A stretch of DNA of 63,859 nt, counting the filler, from a bacterium (GTDB taxonomy: Bacteria; UBP15; UBA6099; JAJRTR01): assembly GCA_024278215.1 (NCBI GenBank). It is 5 parts of 5 records of this genome, joined end to end, with 100 filler letters (N's around TTAATTAATTAA, not from the genome) between each part and the next. Parts side by side here need not be neighbours in the genome. Positions count along the whole stretch, not along the records: positions 25,126 to 39,275 come from JAJRTR010000180.1; positions 39,376 to 52,021 come from JAJRTR010000181.1; 3 more parts are not named here. One strand, written 5' to 3'. The number at the start of each line of letters is the position of its first letter. Within the stretch, counting starts at the first letter, position 1. The notes beneath the pieces are model-generated. The model worked only from the letters and a program-made list of their open reading frames with translations. It was not told the origin of the DNA and ran no database searches. Below are positions 29,391-39,633 of this stretch, piece by piece. Both the position numbers and the translations under genes were made by a program.

Positions 29391-31337
29391 CTATTTAAGG
29401 AAGCTGTACATAAGGCGTATCTGGTTGTTGTTGTAATCCCTGTAATTAAAGAATTTATATTCGATACTCATTTCCCTGTCGTTGTAAATATCAATTTGCT
29501 TATAGCTGGTCGTCAGGGCAGTCCTGTTGTTGGACGTTCCGTTGTAGTAGCGTTCGAGCCCGACGGAAGCTTCGGTCCAGTCTCCGATCTCATAAGAGAA
29601 TTTCGACTTGTAGAACCTGTTGAGCGGATTTGCCGCGCCTGTGCGGCGCTCTTTCCTGAACTGGAGATTAACGGAAAGTTTCTTCGTCAGCGGTGTGTCG
29701 ACTCTGTAGCGCTGCATAGTCCTGTAATCCTGTACCCCGGCGGTGTTCTTCTGCGCTTTGCGGTCGAAGTCGACCCTGACTTTCGCCGTGCCGATCCTGT
29801 CTTTAAGGTTTAACTTGCGCCTGTCTGTGAATCGTGTGCCTGAAGTACCGCGGGTCTTGTCGTAGTTGCGTGCGGCGGTCAACCTGAAACTCGACCTCTG
29901 CTTCAGCGGTATCATATTCAATTGCAGCGGAAACACCAGCCTGTCTTCGCCCCGCATTACAATCGACTTGTAGCCGCCGCCCACTACAACACGCCGCCCG
30001 ATCTTCCGGTTCAGCAACGCGGAAAACTCTCTCCTGCCGGGCGTGAAAAATGATGTTTCCGACACAAACTCGGACCCGGTCCGTTCATAAGAGGTCTTCA
30101 ATTTCATGTCCGGGACCCTGCACTGGAATTCCGCCCATTTCGCCTTCGCGTTGATGTTTTGACCGTAGTTGTATTTTGTTTTCGACAATGCCGTTTCAGC
30201 ATCGAGACTCAAAGCCGTTTTTTTCCATTTCCCATTCAGCGACAAAACCTGATTGTCGAGTCGATTTGTACCCTGCAACACACCGGTGTCTTTCACATCC
30301 ACATATCCCAGCCCCAGCATCGCGTCGCCGGCCACATCATTTTCAAGCCTGTAGCCCTGCACATATCTGTTGTACCTGGATGTGCGCAGTTTCTTCGGCG
30401 TCTTGCCCATCATGATCGTGTATTTGAAAAGATTATTCGTGCGCTCGTACTGAACGCCCTGCAGCCGGTAGTTCTTGAATGTATATCTCGTGATTTTCGG
30501 AAAAAGATCATAAACGGAATATTTGACTTTGTTTTTACTCATGGTAATAAAAAAGGTCTTCACTTCGCCATGCTTCTGATCGTCGTCCGTAGTCGAGCGG
30601 GTCCTGAGTGAACTCTGAAGTTCGTAACCGTTCCGTATCTGGCCCAGAAACCTGATACTGAAATCGTTGTAGAAATCAGACTTCGGCTCCATGCTGCTCT
30701 GGCTTTCGTCGCCGGAGACCTTTACATTTTCGTATGTTAGTTTGTTTTCGTATGTATAACCGATAACGGTTTTCAGCACTTCCTCGACTTCTTCGGAGAT
30801 AATCTCTTCCTGCGCCTCGATTTTCGTTTTTCCGCCGGGCAGCTTTTCCATCTGCGTCAGGCCGGTCGGCGTTGTTACGTCGATCCTGTTGTCGCCGTAT
30901 ACCACTGTGCAGTCGAGGTCTTCGAAGAACGACTCGAACGGCACTGTCATATTCCCGGAGAAAACTATGGCCGGCTCGACGAGTTCACGCTGCTGGTCGC
31001 GCGCGATGTAGAGAGTCTCGCCCTCTGTATATTCGAGCTGTGCCTGCGCCGTGATGACTGTAGCACGCATCTTGCCGCCCGCAACCTGCGTCTCGAGCTC
31101 CGCGTCGAGCAGGTCCATGAGGTTATACGTGAGAGGAATATAGAGTATCCCGTTGCGCACAATCGGCTGTTCGTCGGCTCTGTAGAGTTCGCCATCCACA
31201 TATAAGCCGGGTGCCGATGCGTTCGTGCTCGCCGCCGCCTGCTCCACGGTCTCCTGCGCCACGACCGAAACCAGCGCAAAAGCCATAATCACAGCAAGGC
31301 ACGGTACGACTCTGTTTATCAACAGTTTTAATTTCAT
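29391..31337 (-). CDS. Outer-membrane beta-barrel-like protein with an N-terminal stalk (copper-amine-oxidase-N-like) domain
   Basis: Signal peptide; PIVRNGILYIPL...PAIVFSGNMTVP duplicated stalk motif; long alternating-pattern region ending LMYSFLK. Confidence 0.55.
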   Translation of the reverse strand: MKLKLLINRVVPCLAVIMAFALVSVVAQETVEQAAASTNASAPGLYVDGELYRADEQPIVRNGILYIPLTYNLMDLLDAELETQVAGGKMRATVITAQAQLEYTEGETLYIARDQQRELVEPAIVFSGNMTVPFESFFEDLDCTVVYGDNRIDVTTPTGLTQMEKLPGGKTKIEAQEEIISEEVEEVLKTVIGYTYENKLTYENVKVSGDESQSSMEPKSDFYNDFSIRFLGQIRNGYELQSSLRTRSTTDDDQKHGEVKTFFITMSKNKVKYSVYDLFPKITRYTFKNYRLQGVQYERTNNLFKYTIMMGKTPKKLRTSRYNRYVQGYRLENDVAGDAMLGLGYVDVKDTGVLQGTNRLDNQVLSLNGKWKKTALSLDAETALSKTKYNYGQNINAKAKWAEFQCRVPDMKLKTSYERTGSEFVSETSFFTPGRREFSALLNRKIGRRVVVGGGYKSIVMRGEDRLVFPLQLNMIPLKQRSSFRLTAARNYDKTRGTSGTRFTDRRKLNLKDRIGTAKVRVDFDRKAQKNTAGVQDYRTMQRYRVDTPLTKKLSVNLQFRKERRTGAANPLNRFYKSKFSYEIGDWTEASVGLERYYNGTSNNRTALTTSYKQIDIYNDREMSIEYKFFNYRDYNNNQIRLMYSFLK

Positions 31338-31618
31338 CAGGACATCACCATTATGAATTTTTCGTATCCAAAAATTAAGAATGCAGGTCTGCTGTTTCAT
31401 ATTATCGGCGCACAAAAAAATAAGCCTTGCGGCTGTTCGCCTTATGTAAATTCACTGATACAATATAATGAAGGTAAGAACTTATTCAACACCATTCCCC
31501 AACTTCTGATAAAAACATTCCGGTTCTCTAATATTATTAACACCTATAATACCAGACAACAGCCTGTTTTGTCAATCATAAACAGCGGTCGGTGTGGAGT
31601 TCTTTACAACTCCGCATC

Positions 31619-31647
31619 TTGACTGCTGGACGCAAGTACAGTATAAT
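31619..31647 (+). promoter_or_regulatory. Sigma70 promoter with an SOS-box-like operator in the spacer
   Basis: TTGACT-N17-TATAAT; the spacer holds CTGGACGCAAGTACAG (31626-31641) = CTG-N10-CAG. Confidence 0.65.
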
Positions 31648-31675
31648 GCCTCTCGGGAGTTTATAATTTATATCC

Positions 31676-31713
31676 CGATTTTCCGGATTTCTTTGTAAGA
31701 AATCTCGGGCTAA
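31676..31713 (-). repeat. Isolated terminal fragment of repeat family B
   Basis: Reverse complement TTAGCCCGAGATTTCTTACAAAGAAATCCGGAAAATCG matches the family B left end. Confidence 0.7.
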
Positions 31714-31767
31714 CAACAGGGCCGGGAGTGGCAGGACGGCGCTACCGGCGGCAGAAAAAGGAGCCAA

Positions 31768-32021
31768 TGATACAGCAGGTCGGCGAATCTATCCCCGTGC
31801 TTGCCCGTTTTCGCGACGGCAGGTTCGAGCCACGCAAGTTCTTGTGGGGCGGTGGTGTCCGCATCGTCGAGAGGGTGACGGGCCGCTGGTCCGAGCACGA
31901 CGGGCAGTACAAAATCTATCACTTCGCTGTGATGACCGACACGGGCAGTTGTTGTGAGTTGTCGCTGCACACGCGGCACATGGTCTGGCTGCTGGATCGT
32001 GTGCTGGCGGCGGGGGGGTGA
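31768..32021 (+). CDS. Small DUF6504-like beta protein preceding dinB
   Basis: AGGAG RBS; MIQQVGESIPV...P.KFLW....VERVTGRW...YHFAV...W.LDRV pattern of DinB-associated small proteins; start approximate. Confidence 0.65.
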
Positions 32022-32027
32022 GTACGC

Positions 32028-33371
32028 ATGAGCAACGACGACCGCAAGACAGGCGGTCGCCGCGCGCCGTTTCTGCGCGGCACGCCGGTGGGGCGAGATC
32101 ACGACCGCGAGCCGGACGTGAGCCGCGTCATCGCGCTCATCGACATGAACGCTTTTTTCGCGCAGGTCGAGCAGATATGCAATCCGTCGCTGCGTGGCAA
32201 GCCGCTGCTGGTGGGCGGCGACCCGAAGAAACGTTCGATTGTCGCCGCGGCGTCCTACGAGGCCAAGGCGTGTGGCGTCAGGTCGGGAATGTCCTACTAC
32301 GAGGCGAAAAAACTCTGTCCGGATGCAATAGCGATCGAGGGCGACAGCCGTAAATATCTCGACTACTGCTACCGCATCGTCGACATCTTCCGAGAGTTCA
32401 CCGATGTCGTCGAGGCGTTCTCCATCGACGAGGCATTCCTCGATCTCACCAATGTGCAGCGTCTTTTCGGCACCCCGGAGAGGATATGCGGCTGCATAAA
32501 AGAGCGGCTGGTCGAGGACCTGGGTCTCACATGTTCGGTGGGCATCGGCCCCAACAAACTGGTGGCGAAAATGGCGTCCAACATGCAAAAACCCGACGGT
32601 CTCACTCGAATATGGCCCGAAGAACTGCCTCACATTCTGTGGCCGTTCCCGGTGGAAGAACTCACGGGTGTGGGCCGCCGCATGAAGCGCCGGCTCGCCC
32701 GGATGGGCATATCGACAATCGGCGACCTGGGCCGGTTCGACCCGGCTGTGCTCCGCGGGCAGTTCGGCGTCTATGGCGAACTGCTGCACCAGTGGGCCAA
32801 CGGGATCGACGAATCGCCTGTGGACCCGACATGTTTTCAGACGGTGAAGTCCGTCGGCCACAGCTACACACTGCCGCGCGACATCGACGACACTGAGACC
32901 GCGCGCTGGTTCATCTTCTGGCTGTCCGACCGTGTGTGCCGCCGCATGCGCCGCGACAACTATGTCGGCCGCACCATCACACTCACTGTACGCAACAGCG
33001 ATTTTCTTTCCTTCACACGTTCGCTCACACTGCCCGAGCACACGTCATCGGTCCACACGCTACGCGACAGGGCTATGCTGCTGTATCGCCGCAACGTGCC
33101 GCCGGGCATGAAAGTGCGACTGCTGGGCGTGAGTTTTTCGCACCTGAAAAAAGAGACCCCCGAACAGATGGAGCTTTTCAGCAACGAGCGGCAGCGCCGC
33201 GCCGTGGACGCCGCCGTGGACGCCGTCAAAGACAAGTACGGCGATTCGGCCATTACATTCGCCACGCTCATCGGCAGGCCCCGCGGCATGATCCGCCGCA
33301 AGATCGGCTGTTTCCTCACCAGTTCGGAAAAAGGAAAATCCGACTCGCCGCTCGCCCGGCCACCGTTGTGA
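32028..33371 (+). CDS. dinB: Y-family DNA polymerase IV
   Basis: IDMNAFFA, AASYEAK, SIDEAFLD, SVGIGPNKLVAKMAS, KPDG, KSVG, clamp motif QMELF. Confidence 0.93.
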   Translation: MSNDDRKTGGRRAPFLRGTPVGRDHDREPDVSRVIALIDMNAFFAQVEQICNPSLRGKPLLVGGDPKKRSIVAAASYEAKACGVRSGMSYYEAKKLCPDAIAIEGDSRKYLDYCYRIVDIFREFTDVVEAFSIDEAFLDLTNVQRLFGTPERICGCIKERLVEDLGLTCSVGIGPNKLVAKMASNMQKPDGLTRIWPEELPHILWPFPVEELTGVGRRMKRRLARMGISTIGDLGRFDPAVLRGQFGVYGELLHQWANGIDESPVDPTCFQTVKSVGHSYTLPRDIDDTETARWFIFWLSDRVCRRMRRDNYVGRTITLTVRNSDFLSFTRSLTLPEHTSSVHTLRDRAMLLYRRNVPPGMKVRLLGVSFSHLKKETPEQMELFSNERQRRAVDAAVDAVKDKYGDSAITFATLIGRPRGMIRRKIGCFLTSSEKGKSDSPLARPPL

Positions 33372-33499
33372 ATCTGTGTTTGAACGCAAGCCATACAACC
33401 TGCGGAGAATCAGCACGCCACACTTGCTCTCGATCACATTTCTTTGCCTCTTCGCTATATGGTGTGGGTATAGAAATATAGTGTGCCGTCGATAAAACA

Positions 33500-33670
33500 G
33501 ATAATTGGGCAACGACTTATGTAAAGTTTTCCACAAATCCACTGTCCGGCAATCCTTTAAAATTGCCGGGAAACGGTGGGTATTGTGGTAAACTCGGCTC
33601 GAAAGCCGCCGGTTCTCCGCGCTGGAGTTTTCTATGGTGAACACAGAGCCCCGAACTCGTTTTGTCCACA
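33500..33670 (+). ncRNA. Candidate structured intergenic RNA
   Basis: 70-nt imperfect hairpin 33525-33594 with G-U pairs on the plus strand, CGGCT/AGCCG hairpin, 5'/3' closing pairing, upstream TATA-N15-GTCGATAA. Confidence 0.4.
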
Positions 33671-33674
33671 CAAT

Positions 33675-36314
33675 TCAGCGAGGAGCCGTTTCTTTTGTAG
33701 GAAGACGGAATTTATCCGCAAGCCCGCGGGCGAGGGAGCCGGCCCTGCGGCCCCAGTATGACGCCGGGTAGTTCGTGATGACATCCTGGCAGCGGCGGAG
33801 CGCTTCTTTGTCCCGGCCGAGCTTTTCGAGTATCACGGCGAGCCGGTAGCCCGCGCGCGCGGCCAGAGCCGGGTCCTGCCTGTCTTCAAGTATTTTCGAA
33901 TATGCTTTCGCCGCCGCCTCGAGCTCGCCGCCCTTCAGCAGTATGTCGCCTGTGCGCATAAAAACATAATCGCGCGGTGTGCCTTCGGGCATCATGGCCG
34001 CCAGTTTGCGGAAGGCCGCCACTGCGCCGGCGGCATCTCCTTTTATGTTCTTCTTCTCCGCCGCGATAAAGGCCTGTATGAAAATCGGATCGGTCGCGGA
34101 CATGTCTTCGAGGAAAAACAATCTTTCAAGCGCGTCGTTCACGTAGCGGCTCTCGGGGTACTGGTCCATCACGAGTCTGTAAAGTTTTTTCGCTTCATCA
34201 ATTTTCGAACTGAACAGTTTTGTTTCCGCGCGAAAGAAGAGTATCTGGTCGAAATAGCGCGATGAGCCGGGTCGTTTCGCGAGAGCGTCAAAGGACTCGG
34301 CGGCGCGTGCGAATTCGCCAAGGGAAAAAGTGGTGCGGGCTTCGCCCACGAGCGACGCCTCGAACCACGGCCCGGCGGGATACTCCGACGCGAGCCGCGC
34401 GTAGTAGCCACGGGCTTCCTTATAGTTACGCCGGTCTTCTTCGATCCCGGCGAGTTTCATAAGCGCTTCGTCGGCGCCGGGTGCGCCCGGATAGTCGTCG
34501 ACGATGCGACGCAGCAGGCGCGCGGCATTGTCCATATCGCCCGCAGTGAGCCACGACCTTGCCGCCTGGAGCAGAAAGAAAGGACTCTGCGCGGCGTCTT
34601 TCCCGGCGGCTGCTTCGTAAAGCCGCGCCGCCTGTTTGTGTGCGCCCCGCATCGCGCGCCGACCCGCGAGCTGACTCAGGAATGCGGCCGGAACAGGTGT
34701 TCTGGACGCCGCCCGCTCTGCTTCCGACATTGAGGCCGGCCCCTTTTTCAGTGTCATCAGGATGTCGAGCCATGTAAGCTGAAGTTGCAGATTCCCTGGT
34801 TGCGCAGCAGCGGCTTTTTCAACGATGCCGATACCTTTGTCCGCGACTTCTTCCTTTGTAGCCAGCCTGTAAATCATGTTTGCCGCGTTTTTGTCGTTGG
34901 GGTTCATCATCAGCAACTTAACATATTCGCCCAGCGCTTTTTCAAACTGCATCTGATTGTAATAAAGGTTTGCGAGATCGGCTGCGAAAAGATTCGGGTC
35001 GCCGAGCCTTTTGCGGCCTTTCTCGAAAAGTTTGGCCACTTCGTCGTGAAGATAGAAAGGCAGATAATAGCCCGCGAGTGTCCTGTAGGTGACGGCGTCG
35101 TCGGGATTGAAGCCCGCCGCTTTTTCCCACGCCTCGCGTGCCCTGTCCATATCTTTTTCCTGGAAATAGATGTTGCCCAGTTGTCTCCATGCGGGCTGGA
35201 AAGCCGGGTTCTTCGCGATCACCGCCTCGAGTGTTTCCTTCGCTTTTGTCACCCATTTGTTGTCATAATACACCTTTGCCAGCTCGACAGCGTCCACGAG
35301 GTTGCCGGGCTCGTGTTTAACGATGACCTCGAGCTGGTTGAGTTCGTCGAGCGATTTCTTGTCCCATTGATAGAGGCGTTTCAGCGTATGGTACGGTGCC
35401 ATGTCGCCGGGGTTCTTCGCTTTCCGCTGCTCGATCTGTCCTATCAGTTCGTCGAGTTTACCAGCGTTTTTCACGGCGTTGAAGTACTTGTTTTCAAAGC
35501 CGCGGTTTCCGGGATTCGCTTCGAGTATTTTCTTATAGATACCGGCGGCGGATTCGTATTCTTCTTTAACTTCATAAGATTTCGCGAGCTGGAGCAGGAA
35601 CTGGAGGTCGCCCGGATTTTTCTTGAGATGCTTTTCGATAACGGTCTGTGCCTCATAGATTCGGGAGAGGCGCAGGTAGAGTTCGACAAGCGCCCTCGAA
35701 GCACGGTCCGCATACCCCTTGTCGGGGTTTTCCGACACCTGCCGCAACATGCGCACGGCATCGTCGGCGCGGCCTGTTTTTTCGTACAATTGCGCCAGTC
35801 TGAATCTGGCGTCGATTGCTATCGGGGCATCGGGAAACCTGTCGACGAGGGTTTCATAGAGATCGACGGCTGCTGCCTCGCGGCCCGCCTGCGCGGTGGC
35901 TTCAGCCGCCATGTACAGCGCGCGCGGCGCTAGCGGATCGTCGGTATAATCCTGGTAGAGCTGCATGAAAGCGTGGGCCGCCGCGTCGAAATCCTGCTTG
36001 TTTTTCAACTGCACGGCATTGTTGAAAAGTTGCTGCGCGTTGAGAACAATCGCCGGGCCGGCCTCGACTTTTTCCTGCTTGCCCACAGTGACACTGACGC
36101 CCGGCGACATGGGCGGCGCGGGAGCGGCGGATGTACCGGCGCATTCAATCTGCACAGCAGCAGGCATCTGAGCCAGTATTGCCGTGAGCAGTATAATAAT
36201 GACTTTCGCGCCGACATATCCACATGCAGGCGGATACGCGGCAAAAGCTTTTTCGGAAAAAATATCTCGCAACGACTTGAAATTCATATTTTCCTCGTGG
36301 AATCTCTCATTCAT
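33675..36314 (-). CDS. Long TPR-repeat (BamD/YfiO-like repeats) envelope protein
   Basis: Numerous TPR units with YP.S/YP.A turns; hydrophobic N-terminal segment; start uncertain. Confidence 0.8.
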   Translation of the reverse strand: MNERFHEENMNFKSLRDIFSEKAFAAYPPACGYVGAKVIIILLTAILAQMPAAVQIECAGTSAAPAPPMSPGVSVTVGKQEKVEAGPAIVLNAQQLFNNAVQLKNKQDFDAAAHAFMQLYQDYTDDPLAPRALYMAAEATAQAGREAAAVDLYETLVDRFPDAPIAIDARFRLAQLYEKTGRADDAVRMLRQVSENPDKGYADRASRALVELYLRLSRIYEAQTVIEKHLKKNPGDLQFLLQLAKSYEVKEEYESAAGIYKKILEANPGNRGFENKYFNAVKNAGKLDELIGQIEQRKAKNPGDMAPYHTLKRLYQWDKKSLDELNQLEVIVKHEPGNLVDAVELAKVYYDNKWVTKAKETLEAVIAKNPAFQPAWRQLGNIYFQEKDMDRAREAWEKAAGFNPDDAVTYRTLAGYYLPFYLHDEVAKLFEKGRKRLGDPNLFAADLANLYYNQMQFEKALGEYVKLLMMNPNDKNAANMIYRLATKEEVADKGIGIVEKAAAAQPGNLQLQLTWLDILMTLKKGPASMSEAERAASRTPVPAAFLSQLAGRRAMRGAHKQAARLYEAAAGKDAAQSPFFLLQAARSWLTAGDMDNAARLLRRIVDDYPGAPGADEALMKLAGIEEDRRNYKEARGYYARLASEYPAGPWFEASLVGEARTTFSLGEFARAAESFDALAKRPGSSRYFDQILFFRAETKLFSSKIDEAKKLYRLVMDQYPESRYVNDALERLFFLEDMSATDPIFIQAFIAAEKKNIKGDAAGAVAAFRKLAAMMPEGTPRDYVFMRTGDILLKGGELEAAAKAYSKILEDRQDPALAARAGYRLAVILEKLGRDKEALRRCQDVITNYPASYWGRRAGSLARGLADKFRLPTKETAPR

Positions 36315-39275
36315 TCCTGCCGCGCATCAGTTCGTTATAGTACTTTTCGATGAGCCGCTCGTAGCCCTCCGGCCTCGGCTGTTCGCGCAGTCGCTTGAGT
36401 TCCTCGCGCACAGCCGGCGGAAGCGATTCCTCCAGAAGGTCTCTCACAGGCGCCGGCGATTCTGTTTCATAAGCTTTCGCTTTTTCAGCAACGCGATTCT
36501 CCTCGAGCGCTTCCTTACGCAACGAGAGCGAAGCGTCCTGCAGGCGGCGCAACACATCGGCCTGTCGCCGCCGCACCGTGTCGCTCACCCTTCCGCCCGC
36601 CATGCCACGCTGTATCTCTTCCATTTCGCTTTCAATCTGCGACAGACGTTTTCCCATCTCGCTCATGCGGCCCATTTCGTTCATCAGACCCGACAGGCCT
36701 TCTTTTAGCATCTGTTGCTGTTGCGCAAGTTGCTGCATAGCCTGCCCCATGCCCGGCACAGGCGTTCCCGAGTCGCCCAGCCGGCTGGTGGCGTCGTTCA
36801 GGGACTTCTGACCCTCGGCAAGTTTCTGTAGCTGTTCCATATATTGTTCGAGCGCGGATTTCGACGAAGCCGCCGCCGCGTTGCGCTGCCCCTCGAGCAG
36901 GGCGATTGCAAGCTGATTGAGTTTCAGCGACGCCCGGCGCTGCTGATTGAGAGCGCCGGCGAGTTTTCCCTCGGCGAGTTGACCCACAACCTGCGACAGG
37001 GCTTCCGACGCGGCGGCGGCGATGGTTGTCGCACGCGGCGGTATCGCCATCGACATTATCGCAAGGCGTGACACGTCGCGTTTGAGGAAGTCGACGGTCT
37101 CACGCGCGATCTTTTCCTCGTCCATCAGTGTTTCGGCCATGTCGGGTGGAATAGCCGATACATTGTGCTCGAGCAGTTCCTCGGTGCTCGCGAGCGAGGC
37201 TTCGTGCGCGTCGGAAACGTCCAGTGTGCGGCGCAGCAGTTTGCGTATAAGCCCCTTGAGTTCCTTCTTCATATCGGCGGCGAGCTGCTCGGTCATTTCA
37301 TCGAGCGCGCCGCTCATGCTGCGCAACTTTTTCGCGGCCGCCTCCTCGTCGGGAATCGCCTCGCCGGGCTTGCGCTCGGAAAGTTTACGGTGTGCGTTTT
37401 TAAGATCATCTTCCAGATTGGCTTTTCGGCCCATTCGAGCGATTTCGCCGAGTTTTTCGGAAGCCCCGGGACTCATTTTCTCGATTTCTTTCGCAAGCTT
37501 TTCAAGCGCGTCGAGTGTGGGGGGCGTCTCTTCGGATATGCGTTGTTCTTCGCGTGCCTGGCGGGCGGTTTCGTCGATCTGGCGGCCCTCGGGCGGCCTG
37601 CCCCCGGTGGATTTATCGAGCGATTTCGTGCGTTCCGTCAGGTCCTCCTGCCTTTTCGCGAGTTTTCGGAGTTGTTCGCGCAATGCGTTCAGTTGCTGCT
37701 CGGTTCGTATACGTTTCAGCCGCTTGAGAGTCTGGTCCAGGCGGTCCATAATCTTCCGTTGCTCCTTGCTTCGCTCCAGCATCGCCGTGTCCATCTTATT
37801 CATGTCCGCCTGCTGAAGATTCTGCTGTATTTTCTCGAGCAATTCCTTCATGTCGTCGTTCATAATCTTCGACATGAGCCTGTTTATTTCCTGCAACTTC
37901 TGCAACGTGTCCAGGTTCACAAGTTCGTTGCTCTGCATCTTTTTCAGGCTGTCTTCCATGGACTTCGATATCTCGGAAAGTTCCTGTTCGAGCGCCTGCT
38001 GTCTTTCGAGCGCACGCGCGGTGTCCGCGCGCCACTTTTTCCGGCCTTTTGCCGACTTGTCCAGTTTCTGCGCCATGTTTTTGAACTGTTCGGCGATCTT
38101 GCCGCTTTCGCGCAGCACGGACTCGAGCCTGTTGATGTCGCTGTCCTGCTTCCTGGTGATTTCCCTGTAATCCTCGAATCTCGACATGATATGTATGCGG
38201 CGCGTCTCCGAGTATGAAGTCTTGGGGCCGGTGAGCGCGTCGTTGTCGGTCGCGCTGATCCGGTACTCGATTGTGTCACCTTCGAAAGCATCCAGCCCGA
38301 CAAGGTCCCACGAGTATTCGAACAGCGCCTCCCGCCCGCCGCGTACAGGTATCTCGATTCGGTCTTCCCTGTTTTTACCGTTCATTTTCATGAGCAGTCC
38401 GACATCGGAAACGCCATAGTCGTCGCGTGCGTTGCCTTTCAGCATCACTATTGATAGCTTCGGAACCGTAAGGTCCTTTTCCGGTGACACGAGTTTGACA
38501 CTGGGCGGCTCGTCCGGCACAGACTCGATGTGGTACTGCGGTGGGAACCTGTTGGCGAAACCATGCGAGTCGCGCAGATGCACCGTATAGACAATATCCT
38601 TACTTATAGTTATCGAACCGGTCGCCACTCCGGGTGCGGTCGGAGCGAGTTCGGTTCTGTTGCCGTTCTGATCCTGAATCCAGGCGGAATCCAGGTCGCT
38701 CGTGGATTCGACAGTGAAGTCGACACGTGTGCCGAACGGCAGTCGCAAGTCACCCGCGTTCTCACGTGTATCGGGCAATATACCGGTGTATTCCGGGTAA
38801 GTGAGTATCGCCGAAATGCCGCGCACACCGGGCGGTTCGACAGCAAATATATGGAATATGCGTGACTTGAAATCACGGAAGGCGACATGATAGTTCATAT
38901 CGCCCGCAACCGAGATCACACGGGCGGCGAATAGCATCGTAGTCGCCGACGCCGCAGCGGCGGCGGCGGCTTTTTCCATCTGTATATCGAAAGGTTCGAG
39001 CCCCTCGCGCTCGAGCACAAGCCGCGGCTCGATGCCGGAATAGCCCGAGAAAACAGCTTCGACGACCGCCTCTCCCCCCACCGGCACCGTGATATCTCCG
39101 GTGACGGATTCGAGAGTGAACACTTCAGGTTCGGGCCTGTACGGCGGCTGGAGATATGAAATAACGTCGGAGGCTGTTTTTCCTGTATAAGACATTACCG
39201 CCGCGACGGAAACGAGCGCAAGCACGGCGGCGAGCGCCGCCGCCACGAGCGGGCGCGTGTTGACGATACGCAAAG
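36307..39275 (-). CDS. DUF4175-like membrane protein with Ig-like domains and a long coiled coil, N-terminus lost at the gap
   Basis: YPEYTG, D..P.V....P, ARDDYGV, ATDNDALTGPK, Q/E/K-rich coiled coil, C-terminal P.GY..LIEKYY. Confidence 0.75.
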
Positions 39276-39375
39276 NNNNNNNNNNNNNNNNNNNNNNNNN
39301 NNNNNNNNNNNNNNNNNNNTTAATTAATTAANNNNNNNNNNNNNNNNNNNNNNNNNNNNNNNNNNNNNNNNNNNN
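39276..39375. other. Artificial contig linker
   Basis: N-TTAATTAATTAA-N spacer. Confidence 0.97.
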
Positions 39376-39424
39376 AAAAAAATCACACACAGGCAGGTAC
39401 CTGAAAAAATCTTTAAAATGATAA

Positions 39425-39603
39425 GAGCCAGTTGCAAAATAGTGTTCGAAGCGAGGTCGAGCGAAATTGGTCGGAAGCAATGCGGAGGTGCAAAATCCCC
39501 GCAGGCGTACTTGTAGAGTACGTCGAGGATGATTTTGTGCCGACAACGCAGCTGTTGACAATTGCAGCCGACCGTAGCCGAATCAGAATTTTGCAATTGG
39601 CTC
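39425..39603 (+). mobile_element. MITE-like repeat family C, full copy (179 bp)
   Basis: Terminal inverted repeats GAGCCAGTTGCAAAAT / ATTTTGCAATTGGCTC; near-identical inverted copy at 58379-58557. Confidence 0.88.
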
Positions 39604-39633
39604 ATAAGTTTTTCACTTAAAATGGATTAGGAT

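Noticed and set aside
33463-33670. DnaA-box cluster or oriC (TTTTCCACA, TTGTCCACA, TTTACCACA)
   Set aside because: No perfect box and no dnaA/dnaN context; two of the matches are arms of the long hairpin
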